The notes below the pieces were generated by a model that was not told the origin of the DNA, made no database searches, and saw only the letters and a program-made list of their open reading frames with translations. A stretch of DNA of 64,000 nt from an uncultured virus (IMG/VR IMGVR_UViG_3300029305_001816) (Duplodnaviria; Heunggongvirae; Uroviricota; Caudoviricetes). The translations under genes were made by a program, and so were the position numbers. The stretch is from IMG/VR virus record IMGVR_UViG_3300029305_001816, positions 1 to 64,000 of that record; one strand, given 5' to 3'. Below, one piece after another: positions 22,101 through 29,921 of the stretch. Position 1 is the stretch's first letter. The number at the start of each line of letters is the position of its first letter.

Positions 22101-22619
22101 AATACAAGGGATTGGGCTACTCATGGTTATCATATTAGTAGAGGAAATAAGCTTGGCAAGGGTGACTTGGGTTGGTTAAAATTAAGTCAGCTTAGTGGTT
22201 ATGCAACTGGCAAACAAGATATCTCAGAGGATGAGGTTGCTTGGACGCAAGAAGGCAGGAAGCGAGAGTTTATTGTTCGTCCTTCTGATGGGGCTATTCT
22301 TACTCCTGTTGCTAAGGGCGATAGTATTCTTACTTCTACTGCAAGCAATAATATTTGGAATATGGCTAACTCTCCTGCTGAGTTTATTAAAGAAAACTTA
22401 AAGCTGGATACCTCTAATGTTCCTAGCGCCCCAAATGTTAGCAATGTATATACTCAGAACTTTGAGAATGTCACATTCAGTATGCCTAATGTCCATGGAT
22501 ATAGTGATTTGCTGACAGAGATGCAGAAAGACCCCAAATTTGAAAAACTGATATTATCAATGACTATTGATAGAATTGCTGGTAAAAGCAGTCTCGCAAA
22601 AGGTAAGTCTATTAGATAA
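13170..22619 (+). CDS. Tape measure protein, exon 2 (3149 aa; spliced product ~4290 aa)
   Basis: Continues the TMP core (NTVVQDPDTVGTAFKTISMRIRG...IAGKRQGN); coiled coils, tandem repeats, an SH3-like domain and a C-terminal GYATG..AWTQE motif. Confidence 0.9.
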   Translation, partial: NTVVQDPDTVGTAFKTISMRIRGAKTELEEAGLETDGMVDSTAKLREEILALSGVDIMENDNQFKSTYDILDELAAKWEHLSDIQQATVTELIAGKRQGNIISSLMTNFDTAREALEVSMNSEGSAMEEHAKWSESLEAKLLKLKSTWQSLSQSFMSSGFLKGGVSALTGFVDVIDTLISKLGVIPTLLTGLSAFQSFKGNGFFKVIEDEAAASGKRIGTIFSTSLSSVTKQFNNMGIGTNAEFRNLLDSDINILNNWMDELSKGPPVADAFDNIFKNASNSAKEFAQSGKLASEGVEGFVKQQKTAQVAIVAQNNNLSSAKAIMKEYNSGCKNTAMSQEDFISAVSSGNTGLSKYLSGLNGAKASTSGYIASLVGAKIATIALEAATMALNAALTMGISLAISAAIKAFDEWYVSASELAEKVDEVTTKYQEQHGELTKLKGDYDTTNEDSMISKYGELSKGVDAFGKNISLTADEYAEYQSIVETIAGQIPSLVSGYDSQGNAILSCAGNVQQLTAEYEKLIKAQNDEILIGSSGDINKDFQNAVKDAEHDTAGFFGWNWTKELGLGDSKLSTQSAEIYENILNSADAVKEFNKAINTEGNDLESFLDNSDVDAMSELLESAGFKKEGSFWSGKESNAEHIRRALEEDASKVKNIIDQYYAGLEEEVEGKKSQAQAALSNAFDLSDSQYYGMSDTLKNIAQQTASGFDFEFFADLEEQGISVEKYVNNMLDQLQALSDNQETKLEAAFNLRTQFNDDEISYGEYVSGLEDAASMVDKLNLQPEVKSQIKLSLGLNEEGLVEEYENLASRLSETETATGNVIGFSSKEVAKDFLDGLSSDEASVTWDIVTDPNFVIPEGATDEVKQEILQQAIDLEMMLQGLNFDLNLEVEAAGIEALNTALSESVTATGLSSESISALRSRYAGLENQGFDLSSMFEETSHGIRINRQEFKRFENELASQKIAEVDGELERMKKTYDELGEAMDGASPERKAELFSQRNLLAQRIAEAGELAAQYDGLTSSYNQWLTAESAGNERDMYENVISGFETVKDELSRGWADDSTIEFLELVTGRTDLASKSGKELKEVYDGLDKTIKNTKYSVKDFFTVDDEGNSTSKGVYNFLDAVGQLEEEAFGGLDVVKRDKGGNVIGFDFEIAGGDEAIAEALGISEELVQIMVRAADDAGFVVNMEGTYTQYADMASEAENASNKLKELSQVNDDLGKRLKATGSDFEFDFNSTNVKTVKSELEEANKILDTFKNKDGTINMEADGAVEAMQIVSTLQARLDSLESEKYGIGLTVEDKEFEEPLEQLQNYGHTVAELNQLEINPKANAEEIKVLEGELDNIAEYFANLDKDTKIKLGFEASDDVEDVKKKIESGEVKIPTTLDIQTNMDKNLSDLRDLALLNSGLLSPEQEETIKIRLGIEVESDVKTEGVKEDINNAVDNAVGNNSSTKTEIKTNVNVKAGEVDASDVDDNVEKTLNGRGRSGVAKGANGRRQYSIGTVEPKADNVDTSNLEKETKEKTEEAVGDGETIKAKTNVEINAETTLSELTDILEDVEKIEDKSATIDVEANLDGNIGSAEDIKNLIEFAEGAKALEGVESSDISVDVDFDSNLGEAVGLDQLAKFAEGAKALDGVEDADVSVKVELECEFNNGNFDSLAKFADSATKLQGVESSDVSVEVELDGNLSEWKGNLEDLGKFADNASKLKGVEDANVSVRATLVTEFNESNLDDLAKFVDNAAKLQGVKDSDVSINTNLEGNLGENANIGNLEKFVNAATNLQGVKGKEVKLTTNLFGNLVGNPNLYNLEAFAEGANALQDAKSKEVEIKANLYGNLVGNPNLYSLDAFAEGANALQDAESKDVKLTTNLFGNLIGNGNLYSLESFAEGANELQGVESKDIKINANLYGNLIGNNNLYSLEAFADGANELQDVESKDIKITTNLYGNLVGNPNLYSLETFADSADELQDVESKDISITTNLYGNLVGNPNLYNLEAFADGASELQGVESKNVRIDANLYGNLIGNGNLYSLEAFANGAEDLQNVNSKNVRIDANLYGNLIGNGNLSNLATFAARAKELQGIGDVKVSVTANVDSGAINNAINVLSNVANSGLFKDYNATVTAIVNYNKGTQTPPDDKTAKVNYELGSQDAPKNKTAKVNYALGSQAAPESKTVYVNYVGIGPAAGTAHTEGSAFADGTASSSGRAFARGDWGIKGNGVALGGELGRELVVRDGKFFTIGDKGAEFFRYKKNDIVFNAAQTESLFKYGGIKGANPRGKMLASGTAFASGSAFSSGSGGGFWSNSSSGKNSSTGKSYNSSSSSGDADKFEETIDWIEMAIDRIERSIDQLDTKANSVYRSWSERNKSLTAELSSIGTEIELQERAYDRYMSAAYGTGLSYYWQAKVQNGQIDISTITDEALAKQIEDYRTYYEAALDCKDAILELQETESELYAQQFENIQARYDGIIQGYEHTEKMLNEYISQAEEQGYIISKKYYEALISNEKSNITELRKEQANLIAARDEAVEIGVITKGSEAWMEQCAAIDEVTQAIEESQTALLEFDNAMREIDWGIFDLIQERISGVTEEADFLIELMSNKKLFDDNGKLTSQGFATMGLHAQNYNSYMYQSDEYAAEVEKLDGQIASDPYDQELINRRNELLELQRESILAAEDEKNAITDLISDGIEAELDALQELIDKKNEQLESERDLYEYSKKVKEQTSEIASLEKQLSAYSGDDSEEAKQKIQQIKVDLETARDNLEETEYEKLIGDSEILLNSLYDEYELILNQRLDNVDALLEQVIESINIATSADGNIAAALGTEGAIAIAVSNNATSIKSTLESETNKVGIALSNAMNNIWNTGEGNAKSVLTMYGEDFKSKSTTIITTLNGIKSSVNSMVSSLNKEAAKKVSANKTTTSAKKNPTTTSSSKTTSTTKKPTGDGVPKIGDKVTYVSGQYYYDSEGKKPLGSQKRGEQVYITNINTRDWATHGYHISRGNKLGKGDLGWLKLSQLSGYATGKQDISEDEVAWTQEGRKREFIVRPSDGAILTPVAKGDSILTSTASNNIWNMANSPAEFIKENLKLDTSNVPSAPNVSNVYTQNFENVTFSMPNVHGYSDLLTEMQKDPKFEKLILSMTIDRIAGKSSLAKGKSIR
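17886..19436 (+). repeat. ~14 copies of a 36-38 aa repeat in TMP; last 8 in exact 111-bp register
   Basis: NL[YF]GNL[VI]GNxNLYxLEAFAxGAxxLQxVESK units start at 18549, 18660, 18771, 18882, 18993, 19104, 19215, 19326; six degenerate copies upstream. Confidence 0.9.
19536..19698 (+). repeat. Three 17-aa repeats (VNYxxG[ST]QxxPxxKT) in TMP
   Basis: VNYNKGTQTPPDDKTAK / VNYELGSQDAPKNKTAK / VNYALGSQAAPESKTVY. Confidence 0.85.
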
Positions 22620-22680
22620 TTAAAGTCGGAATAGAGACTTAAACATATTCGTGTGCAGAGTAAACTGTGAAAAATCATGT

Positions 22681-22713
22681 GGGAGGTAGAATTATATCTA
22701 CCTCCCTCCTTTT
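22681..22713 (+). terminator. Terminator-like hairpin after TMP
   Basis: gggaggtaga-attata-tctacctccc followed by tcctttt. Confidence 0.7.
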
Positions 22714-22741
22714 AAAAATAAAATAGGGAGGTGATAAGTAA

Positions 22742-23863
22742 ATGTTTAAGACTTATAAATATAGAATTTTTCCAAACAAGCAACAAGAAGAGCTAATACA
22801 AAAAACATTTGGTTGTTGCAGATTTGTTTATAATCAAACTCTCGCTTACAAAAAACAATTATACGAAACAGAAAAGAAATTTGTTAGTAAATTTGATTGT
22901 AACAATTATAAAAATAGCGTCCTTAAAAAACAATATGAATGGTTGAAGGAAGTAGATAAATTTGCATTAGAAAATTCTATATATAATATGGATTCTGCTT
23001 TCCAGAATTTTTTTAAAGGACGTGCTAGTTTTCCAAGATTTAAAAGTAAAAAAACAAATAAGAAATCATATAAAACTAATTTTACTAATAATACTGCTGG
23101 TGGAAATATCAGGGTAGATTTTGATGACGATAAAATATTATTGCCAAAACTTAGTTGGGTTAAAATCAAAATAAGTAGACGGTTTAATGGCAAAATTAAA
23201 TCTGCTACTATATCGCAAGTTCCAAGCGGCAAATATTATGTGTCTATTCTTGTTAAAACAGAACATATTCCTGCTGAATCTACTGGCCGTGTGATTGGTA
23301 TAGATTTGGGCATTAAAGATTTACTTATTACCTCTGATGGGGACAAATTTGAAAATATTCGTACTACTAAAAAATATGAAGAAAAGTTAGCAAAAGAACA
23401 AAGAAAACTTTCTCATAAACAAAAAGGTAGTAAGAATTATGAAAAACAAAGAATTAAAGTAGCAAGAATATATGAGAAAATACATAACACTAGAATTGAT
23501 TATTTGCATAAAATCTCTCATAAATTAATTAACGAAAACCAAGTTATAGTTTCTGAAGATTTAGCGATAAGCAATATGGTTAAAAATCATAATCTTGCAA
23601 AATCAATTCTTGATTGTGGTTGGTATGAATTAACACGACAGTTGCAATACAAATCTGAATGGAATAATCGTCAATATGTAAAGATTGGGCGATTTACGAA
23701 ATCCAGTCAACCTTGCAATATTTGTGGCTATATCAATGCTGAAACAAAGAATCTGGCTGTAAGAGAATGGATTTGCCCTAATTGTGGAGCTGTTCATGAT
23801 AGGGATATAAATGCTGCCATTAATATTTTAAACGAAGGATTAAGGTTACTTAGTATATCTTAA
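22742..23863 (+). CDS. tnpB: IS200/IS605-family RNA-guided endonuclease TnpB
   Basis: N-terminal HTH ([23 protein letters not shown]), RuvC-I GIDLGIK, RuvC-II VSEDL, Zn finger CNIC/CPNC, RuvC-III DRDINAA. Confidence 0.95.
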   Translation: MFKTYKYRIFPNKQQEELIQKTFGCCRFVYNQTLAYKKQLYETEKKFVSKFDCNNYKNSVLKKQYEWLKEVDKFALENSIYNMDSAFQNFFKGRASFPRFKSKKTNKKSYKTNFTNNTAGGNIRVDFDDDKILLPKLSWVKIKISRRFNGKIKSATISQVPSGKYYVSILVKTEHIPAESTGRVIGIDLGIKDLLITSDGDKFENIRTTKKYEEKLAKEQRKLSHKQKGSKNYEKQRIKVARIYEKIHNTRIDYLHKISHKLINENQVIVSEDLAISNMVKNHNLAKSILDCGWYELTRQLQYKSEWNNRQYVKIGRFTKSSQPCNICGYINAETKNLAVREWICPNCGAVHDRDINAAINILNEGLRLLSIS

Positions 23864-23945
23864 TTTGGAGTACATTTAGTACGGCAGGAATTGTCGGAAT
23901 TCACGCTTGTGGAGTTAGTAGGTTACGAGGACGAAGAAGCAAGAA
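23864..23945 (+). ncRNA. Partial omegaRNA/right-end scaffold of the tnpB element
   Basis: acggcaggaattgtcggaattcacgcttgtggag...gaagcaagaa resembles the post-tnpB sequence of Firmicutes IS605-like elements; the terminal hairpin is not visible. Confidence 0.6.
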
Positions 23946-23973
23946 ATTGTATCGTTTGAAAGCGAGGAATACA

Positions 23974-24276
23974 ATGTTTCAAAAGAAATATGAAAAGCGA
24001 CTTGAAACTCAAAGTAAAATGATTTCAAGGCAATCAAACCAAATTGAAGATTTAGAACAACAAGTTAGAGAACTTATGTTGGAAATCGAAGAAAAAAATA
24101 AAATAATCAATTCTATTTCTCCTTTAAGAGAGGAGTTGGCTCAGAATATTGTTGAAGTTAAAAAATATAAAAACGAGTACAAAGAATTGATTGGCGAACT
24201 TAGAAAAATGAAGGAAACGATGAATCAGACTGTTTATAAAAATAGATGGAATCTGGTGAAATTCCTTATAAAATAA
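23974..24276 (+). CDS. Coiled-coil hypothetical protein
   Basis: RBS GAGG before ATG 23974, in frame with the track ORF 23947-24276. Confidence 0.7.
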   Translation: MFQKKYEKRLETQSKMISRQSNQIEDLEQQVRELMLEIEEKNKIINSISPLREELAQNIVEVKKYKNEYKELIGELRKMKETMNQTVYKNRWNLVKFLIK

Positions 24277-24299
24277 ATTAAATTTAATTATGAAACGAG

Positions 24300-25106
24300 G
24301 TGAGGAACATGAAGGCTTTTGATTTTATATACGGGGAGCGTACTTTAAGTAGTTTTGGATTTACAATCTGTCAATTTGATGGTTCAAAAGGATTCGACAC
24401 AATATCTAATGGAGCGGAAATTACATTCAATACTATATCAACTTTAAATGGACAAAAATACGAGCTTACCAGTACTCAGTATGAGGATTGTTTAGAAGCT
24501 ACAATCCAGATTTGTAAATATCATTGTAATAGTGATGTTGAAGAGATTTCTTCTGATGAATTTCGTGAATTAACAAAATGGTTAAACAGACGTAAATTCT
24601 TAAAATTTAAGTTGCTTGACGAAGACCATATCGATATATTTTATGAGGCCGCTTTTAATATAAGTCGTATTGAAATTGATGGTCGTTTATATGGTTTAGA
24701 ATTAAATATGGTTACAAATCATCCTTTTGCATTAAAAGAGTCGAAAACTATTGTAATTAAAAATACTATACAAAACGGCAAACACTCAATAAACGATGAA
24801 TCTTATGAAGAAGGTCATATTTATCCTTATACAGAAATTACTATTAACGAAAGCGGCAATCTGAATATACACAATGCTATAGAAGACAGAGATACTTATA
24901 TTGCTAATTGTGTTGCTGGCGAAGTCATTATTATGGATTACCCAATCATACAGTCTTCTGTTTCATCTCATAGCATACAAAATGATTTTAATTGGAACTT
25001 CTTTAGGGTTGCAAATACCTATGAAAATAGTAGAAACGATTTAACTGTTTCTATCCCCTGCACAATTAAAGTCAAGTATTCTCCAATTGTCAAAGTTGGA
25101 TTGTAA
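24300..25106 (+). CDS. Distal tail (Dit)-like protein
   Basis: Follows TMP. DFIYGERTLSSFG start, LTKWLNRR, MVTNHPFA and NDFNWNFFR motifs typical of siphophage Dit. Confidence 0.75.
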   Translation: MRNMKAFDFIYGERTLSSFGFTICQFDGSKGFDTISNGAEITFNTISTLNGQKYELTSTQYEDCLEATIQICKYHCNSDVEEISSDEFRELTKWLNRRKFLKFKLLDEDHIDIFYEAAFNISRIEIDGRLYGLELNMVTNHPFALKESKTIVIKNTIQNGKHSINDESYEEGHIYPYTEITINESGNLNIHNAIEDRDTYIANCVAGEVIIMDYPIIQSSVSSHSIQNDFNWNFFRVANTYENSRNDLTVSIPCTIKVKYSPIVKVGL

Positions 25107-25118
25107 GGCGGTGAAATT

Positions 25119-28100
25119 ATGGCTATAGATATCAAATTTGATTTGATTGGCAATCCAGAACCGCCCACTATAATACTAGCTAATAGAAACGGTAATAAAC
25201 TTGGACAATTAAAAGTTAATACTGAAAGCATCGAATTGACCGATAAATTTAATGATGTCTCTGAATTTAGTTTTACAATAAATAAATATATAGACAATGA
25301 ACCAACACATTTATGGGATAAAGTTATTGATTTTAAACTTGTATATTGCAAAGAATGGGATATGTGGTTTGAAATTAAAGTTGAACTAGATGAAGCTACT
25401 GAAACTGTCAAAACAATATTTTGTACTCAGTTAGGTCAGGCGGAACTTTCTCAAATCATGCTTTACAATATTGAGATTAATACAGAGGATGATATCGCTA
25501 GAGACGATTACAAGGTTAGTGTTCTATATAATGTAGATGATACTGAAGCATCTATATTACATAGGATTTTAAAAGATAAAGCGCCCCACTATTCTATTGC
25601 AGATGTTTCACCTACTATAGCTAAGATACAAAGAAGCTTCTCTTTTGACGGCATCTCTATATATGATGCGTTTCAAGAAATTGGTGAAGAAGTGGGATGT
25701 TTATTTATTTTTCATTCTAATTCAGATGAAAATGGGAAAATTCAAAGAACTATATCCGTATATGATTTACAACAATATTGTAATGATTGTGGTTATAGGG
25801 GAGAATTTACAGATAAGTGTCCTAAATGCAATAGTACAAGCATAACGAATGGTTATGGCGAAGATACGTTGATTTTTGTCACTTCTGATGAATTGGCTTC
25901 TGGCGGCATCCAATTAGTTACTGACGTTGATTCGGTTAAGAGTTGTTTTAAGTTAGAAGCTGGCGATGATTTGATGACATCGACAGTCCGCAATTGTAAT
26001 CCAAACGGAACTGATTATATATGGTACTTTTCGGACGACATTAAAGAAGATATGTCTGATGAATTAGTCGAAAAACTAGAATCTTATGATAAAAATTATC
26101 GGTATTACAGCAACGAATATATTGTAAATATAGACCAAGAATTATTAGATAGTTACAATGCGCTTGTTAATAAATATAAAGAATATAATTATGATTTGAA
26201 TTATATTTTTCCTCCAATTAAGGGTTATTCATCTTTAATGAATGCGTATTATGATACTGTAGATTTGGCTTTGTTTTTAAAATCCTCTCTGATGCCTACT
26301 TACGATGAATATACTAGTGCCGAAGATATCTATTTGATTGATGAATTAGATAACTTTCTAACAGACGAGTCAGACAATCTATTGACATATAGAAGAGGAA
26401 TTAGAGAAAAGACAAATGCCGAGGAACAAGCAAGTCTATTAACGGTCTCTGCCCTCTCCCCTGTTTCTGTATCTAATATAAGTATTGCTTCGGCAGCAAC
26501 AATTGACAGTACCGTTTTATCTGTGGCAAAGATTGTTGTTAAATCAACATACAAAGTAGAAGTAAATGCGTCTAATATAGTTGATAATGGTGATACAAAA
26601 ATATGGACTGGCAGTTTTATAGTTACAAGCTATGTTGACGAAGAAGATAGAGCTATAAGCAAAACTGTATCTGTTGTAGTAAATGATAATTATGAAAACT
26701 TTGTTAAGCAAAAAATAGAAAAAGCACTAAGCAAAGGAAATACAGAAGATTTAAGTATCACTGGCTTATTCTCAAAGGGAATTTATAGTTTTAGAAGTGA
26801 TTTGAAGCATTATTCATTAAATTCTCTTCTGAGTTTTCGTGATGCTTGTCAAGCATGTATTGACATTTTAATAGAACAAGGTATTGGCAGTGATACTAAT
26901 AGCGATTTGTATAAAAATTTATACAGCCCTTATCTTGAAAAGCTGCAAGCTATTGAAGCAGAGATAAAAGTCAGAGAAGATGAAATAAACTCTATAACAG
27001 GAGCTTATGATTCAGATGGCAATTTAATTTCCAAAGGTATACAAAATTATATTGACAAATATAGAACTGAAATACAAAAGATACTTAACTTCGAAGAATA
27101 TTTGGGTGAAGAATTGTGGTTAGAATTTTGCTCTTATCGCAGAGAAGATAAGTATTCGAATGAAAATTATATCTCAAATGGACTAGATAATGCAGAGCTA
27201 TTTAAAAAGGCGCTAGAGTTCTTCGAGGTTGCAGAGAATGAAATTTATAAATCATCTGAATTACAACATTCTATTTCAACTACTTTAAATAATTTATTAG
27301 CGATTCCGAAGTTTGAACCGCTGGTCAAAATGTTTAAGGTTGGCAATTGGATTAGGGTTCAAATTGATAATAAGATATATAAATTAAGATTGCTTGAGTA
27401 TGGAATTGATTATAGCAAGTTTGATAGTATTCCCGTTGAATTTTCAGATGTAACCAAAGTTAAAAATGGAGTTACTGATGTTGAAAGTATTTTGTCTCAG
27501 GCGGCTAATATGGCTACCTCTTATAGCACTGTTAAGAGACAGGCAAGTCAAGGAGAGAAAAGTAATGCCACCTTAAATGACATAATCGAAAGTGGATTAA
27601 ATGTAGAAGACACTAAAATTATTGGAACAGTTAACCAGAATCAAACATGGGATAAAAACGGAATTTTATGTCGTGAATATGACCCTATTACTGAAACATA
27701 TAGCGATGAGCAATTAAAAATTATTAACTCTACTATTGCTATTACAGATGATAGTTGGGACACGACAAAGACTGCTATTGGAAAATATTACTATACAGAC
27801 CCTACAACTAAGGAACTAAAAAGTGTTTACGGTGTTAATGGTGAAACAATAGTGGGCAGATTGCTTATCGGTGAACAGCTTAACATTACCAATGATAAAA
27901 ATAGTCTGCAATTTACTGATGACGGACTTGTTATTAAAAATGATGTAAATACTATATCTATAAATCCAAACAATGAATCTTTGTTTAATATAACTAGTGA
28001 TAATGGTAATATATTCCATTTAAATGATGAGGGAGAATTAGCAATCACTGGAAATATCACTGCTAAAAGTTTGACCTTATTGGGCAATACAACTATTGGT

Positions 28101-28652
28101 TCTAATGAGATTGAGGGATTACATGACGTAGCTATTACTGGTTCTTATTATGATTTGGAAAATTTGCCAGAGTTATCCCCCGTTGCTATTAGCGGCTCTT
28201 ACAAAGATTTGGTCGATTTTCCAAAATTTGCTCTTGTTGCTACCAGTGGTTCTTATTATGACTTGATGAATAAGCCAACAAAATTAAGTGATTTTGAAGA
28301 TGATGGTGTATTTGATAGTGTTTTAGAAAATTATTATAATACATCTCAGGTCGATAATTTATTAGATTCAAAAGTTGATAAAACTAGTTTAGCTTCTGTT
28401 GCAACATCTGGTTCTTATAATGATTTAAAGAATTTACCAGAATTAGCATCTGTGGCTCTCACTGGCAAATATACAAGTTTATCTGATACGCCGACTATTC
28501 CAGAAAAATTAAGCGAATTAGAAAATGATAGTGCGTTTGTGACAAATAGCGTAGACAACTTAACAAATTATTATAGTAAAGCTGAAGTTGACGCTAAAAT
28601 AGAAGAATTGAAAAGTTGGGTATTGAGTCAAATACAAGGAACGGCAACTTAA
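25119..28652 (+). CDS. Tail-associated (Tal/baseplate hub-spike) protein
   Basis: 1177 aa after Dit. FKVGNWIRV..RLLEY OB-like motif, CNDC/CPKC zinc site, C-terminal VA(T/I)SGSYxDL fibre repeats. Confidence 0.75.
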   Translation: MAIDIKFDLIGNPEPPTIILANRNGNKLGQLKVNTESIELTDKFNDVSEFSFTINKYIDNEPTHLWDKVIDFKLVYCKEWDMWFEIKVELDEATETVKTIFCTQLGQAELSQIMLYNIEINTEDDIARDDYKVSVLYNVDDTEASILHRILKDKAPHYSIADVSPTIAKIQRSFSFDGISIYDAFQEIGEEVGCLFIFHSNSDENGKIQRTISVYDLQQYCNDCGYRGEFTDKCPKCNSTSITNGYGEDTLIFVTSDELASGGIQLVTDVDSVKSCFKLEAGDDLMTSTVRNCNPNGTDYIWYFSDDIKEDMSDELVEKLESYDKNYRYYSNEYIVNIDQELLDSYNALVNKYKEYNYDLNYIFPPIKGYSSLMNAYYDTVDLALFLKSSLMPTYDEYTSAEDIYLIDELDNFLTDESDNLLTYRRGIREKTNAEEQASLLTVSALSPVSVSNISIASAATIDSTVLSVAKIVVKSTYKVEVNASNIVDNGDTKIWTGSFIVTSYVDEEDRAISKTVSVVVNDNYENFVKQKIEKALSKGNTEDLSITGLFSKGIYSFRSDLKHYSLNSLLSFRDACQACIDILIEQGIGSDTNSDLYKNLYSPYLEKLQAIEAEIKVREDEINSITGAYDSDGNLISKGIQNYIDKYRTEIQKILNFEEYLGEELWLEFCSYRREDKYSNENYISNGLDNAELFKKALEFFEVAENEIYKSSELQHSISTTLNNLLAIPKFEPLVKMFKVGNWIRVQIDNKIYKLRLLEYGIDYSKFDSIPVEFSDVTKVKNGVTDVESILSQAANMATSYSTVKRQASQGEKSNATLNDIIESGLNVEDTKIIGTVNQNQTWDKNGILCREYDPITETYSDEQLKIINSTIAITDDSWDTTKTAIGKYYYTDPTTKELKSVYGVNGETIVGRLLIGEQLNITNDKNSLQFTDDGLVIKNDVNTISINPNNESLFNITSDNGNIFHLNDEGELAITGNITAKSLTLLGNTTIGSNEIEGLHDVAITGSYYDLENLPELSPVAISGSYKDLVDFPKFALVATSGSYYDLMNKPTKLSDFEDDGVFDSVLENYYNTSQVDNLLDSKVDKTSLASVATSGSYNDLKNLPELASVALTGKYTSLSDTPTIPEKLSELENDSAFVTNSVDNLTNYYSKAEVDAKIEELKSWVLSQIQGTAT

Positions 28653-28654
28653 TA

Positions 28655-28673
28655 AATAACTAATAAAGTTATA
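28655..28673 (+). promoter_or_regulatory. TATAAC-N7-GTTATA element (1 mismatch)
   Basis: aataac-taataaa-gttata, right after the Tal stop codon. Confidence 0.6.
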
Positions 28674-28693
28674 TATGTTTTAATAAAATTAAG

Positions 28694-29512
28694 GTGATAA
28701 ATATGAAATGTGGAGCAATATTTTCTGGATATGACGCAAGGGATTATAAGCTTATTTGTGCAGCACGAGATTATGATTTTCCAGAAGAGTTTGAACTAAA
28801 TACTGTTAGAATCAAGAATCAAATGGATGTTGGAAGTTGTGTTGCTCACTCCCTTTCCAGCATTCTTGAGTATTATAATAATAAACAAAATAACAATCCC
28901 ACTGAAATGAGTGTTGGTTATATTTATGGTAATCGTAGCACTTCTGAGTATGAAGGCGAAGGTATGATTATGCGTGATGCTTTAGAAGTGGTTAGGAAAT
29001 ACGGTGACGTTTATAAGACTGATTTCAGTAATGGCATTGTTGATAATGTTGAAGTGCCAACGATAACTTTTTTGTATGAAATGCAAAAAGATGCTTTGTA
29101 TGATAAAGGTTACCCCCATCGTATTTCACAGTATTGCAGAGTAAATTCTGTAAATGCTATTAAGGCTTCTTTGTATGCTGGCAATCCTGTTCTTATGGCA
29201 ATGATGTGGTATGACGATATGGAAGTTGTTGATGGCATTTTAACTACTTCCTATGAAGGTTGTGCTGGCGGTCATTGCATGTTTATTTATGGCTGGGATG
29301 AGACAGGCTGGAAAGTCCAGAACAGTTGGGGCGAAGATTGGGGAAACAATGGATGTATGATTGTTCCTTATGAAATGCCAATTGAAGAATTTTGGACTTT
29401 AACCGACGACATTATTGAAGGTACTTATGTTAAGAAGCCATTCCAATCTAAAATTGGTAAGTTGTTAGCAAAGGTTCTTAATAAAGCAGCCAACAAGGTT
29501 GGTGGCAAATAA
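28694..29512 (+). CDS. Papain-family (C1) cysteine peptidase
   Basis: IKNQMDVGSCVAH (oxyanion Q, catalytic C), GGHCM (H), VQNSWGEDWG (N). Confidence 0.9.
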   Translation: MINMKCGAIFSGYDARDYKLICAARDYDFPEEFELNTVRIKNQMDVGSCVAHSLSSILEYYNNKQNNNPTEMSVGYIYGNRSTSEYEGEGMIMRDALEVVRKYGDVYKTDFSNGIVDNVEVPTITFLYEMQKDALYDKGYPHRISQYCRVNSVNAIKASLYAGNPVLMAMMWYDDMEVVDGILTTSYEGCAGGHCMFIYGWDETGWKVQNSWGEDWGNNGCMIVPYEMPIEEFWTLTDDIIEGTYVKKPFQSKIGKLLAKVLNKAANKVGGK

Positions 29513-29907
29513 TGGTTTATATGACCAAAAATCAATACGATTCTAAATTAGCGAAGCTACAAAAAAGAAATGAAAATATTGAACGTCGTAGAAAATTGCG
29601 TGAAGAGCGTATGAAATATTGGCCTAAATTTGTTTTGCCATCTACAAGTAAGATTGTGTTGGGAATATCAGGACTTCTATGTTTAGAGGTGCTAATATTT
29701 TGCCAGTATATGATTATTGTAACTGGTGACACAAATTCTTTGTATGCTATGGTTGGCGCTTTGTTTACTTTTATGGGGACGGTAATTTCATATTATGTTA
29801 AGTCAACACGAGAGAATACGAAATCGGGAATTGTATATGAAACTGCTATGGCTCAAATACAGCAACCTGTTATAAATCATGCTAATACGGAACAAGCGGT
29901 AGGTTAG
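29512..29907 (+). CDS. Two-TM membrane protein, holin-like
   Basis: Basic N-terminus, two hydrophobic helices, in the lysis cluster. Confidence 0.6.
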   Translation: MVYMTKNQYDSKLAKLQKRNENIERRRKLREERMKYWPKFVLPSTSKIVLGISGLLCLEVLIFCQYMIIVTGDTNSLYAMVGALFTFMGTVISYYVKSTRENTKSGIVYETAMAQIQQPVINHANTEQAVG

Positions 29908-29921
29908 ATGAGGTTCTAGTT

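Noticed and set aside
22620..23945. IStron (group I intron fused to tnpB)
   Set aside because: No P/Q/R/S core near tnpB, the element is intergenic, and the real intron ends about 9.5 kb upstream
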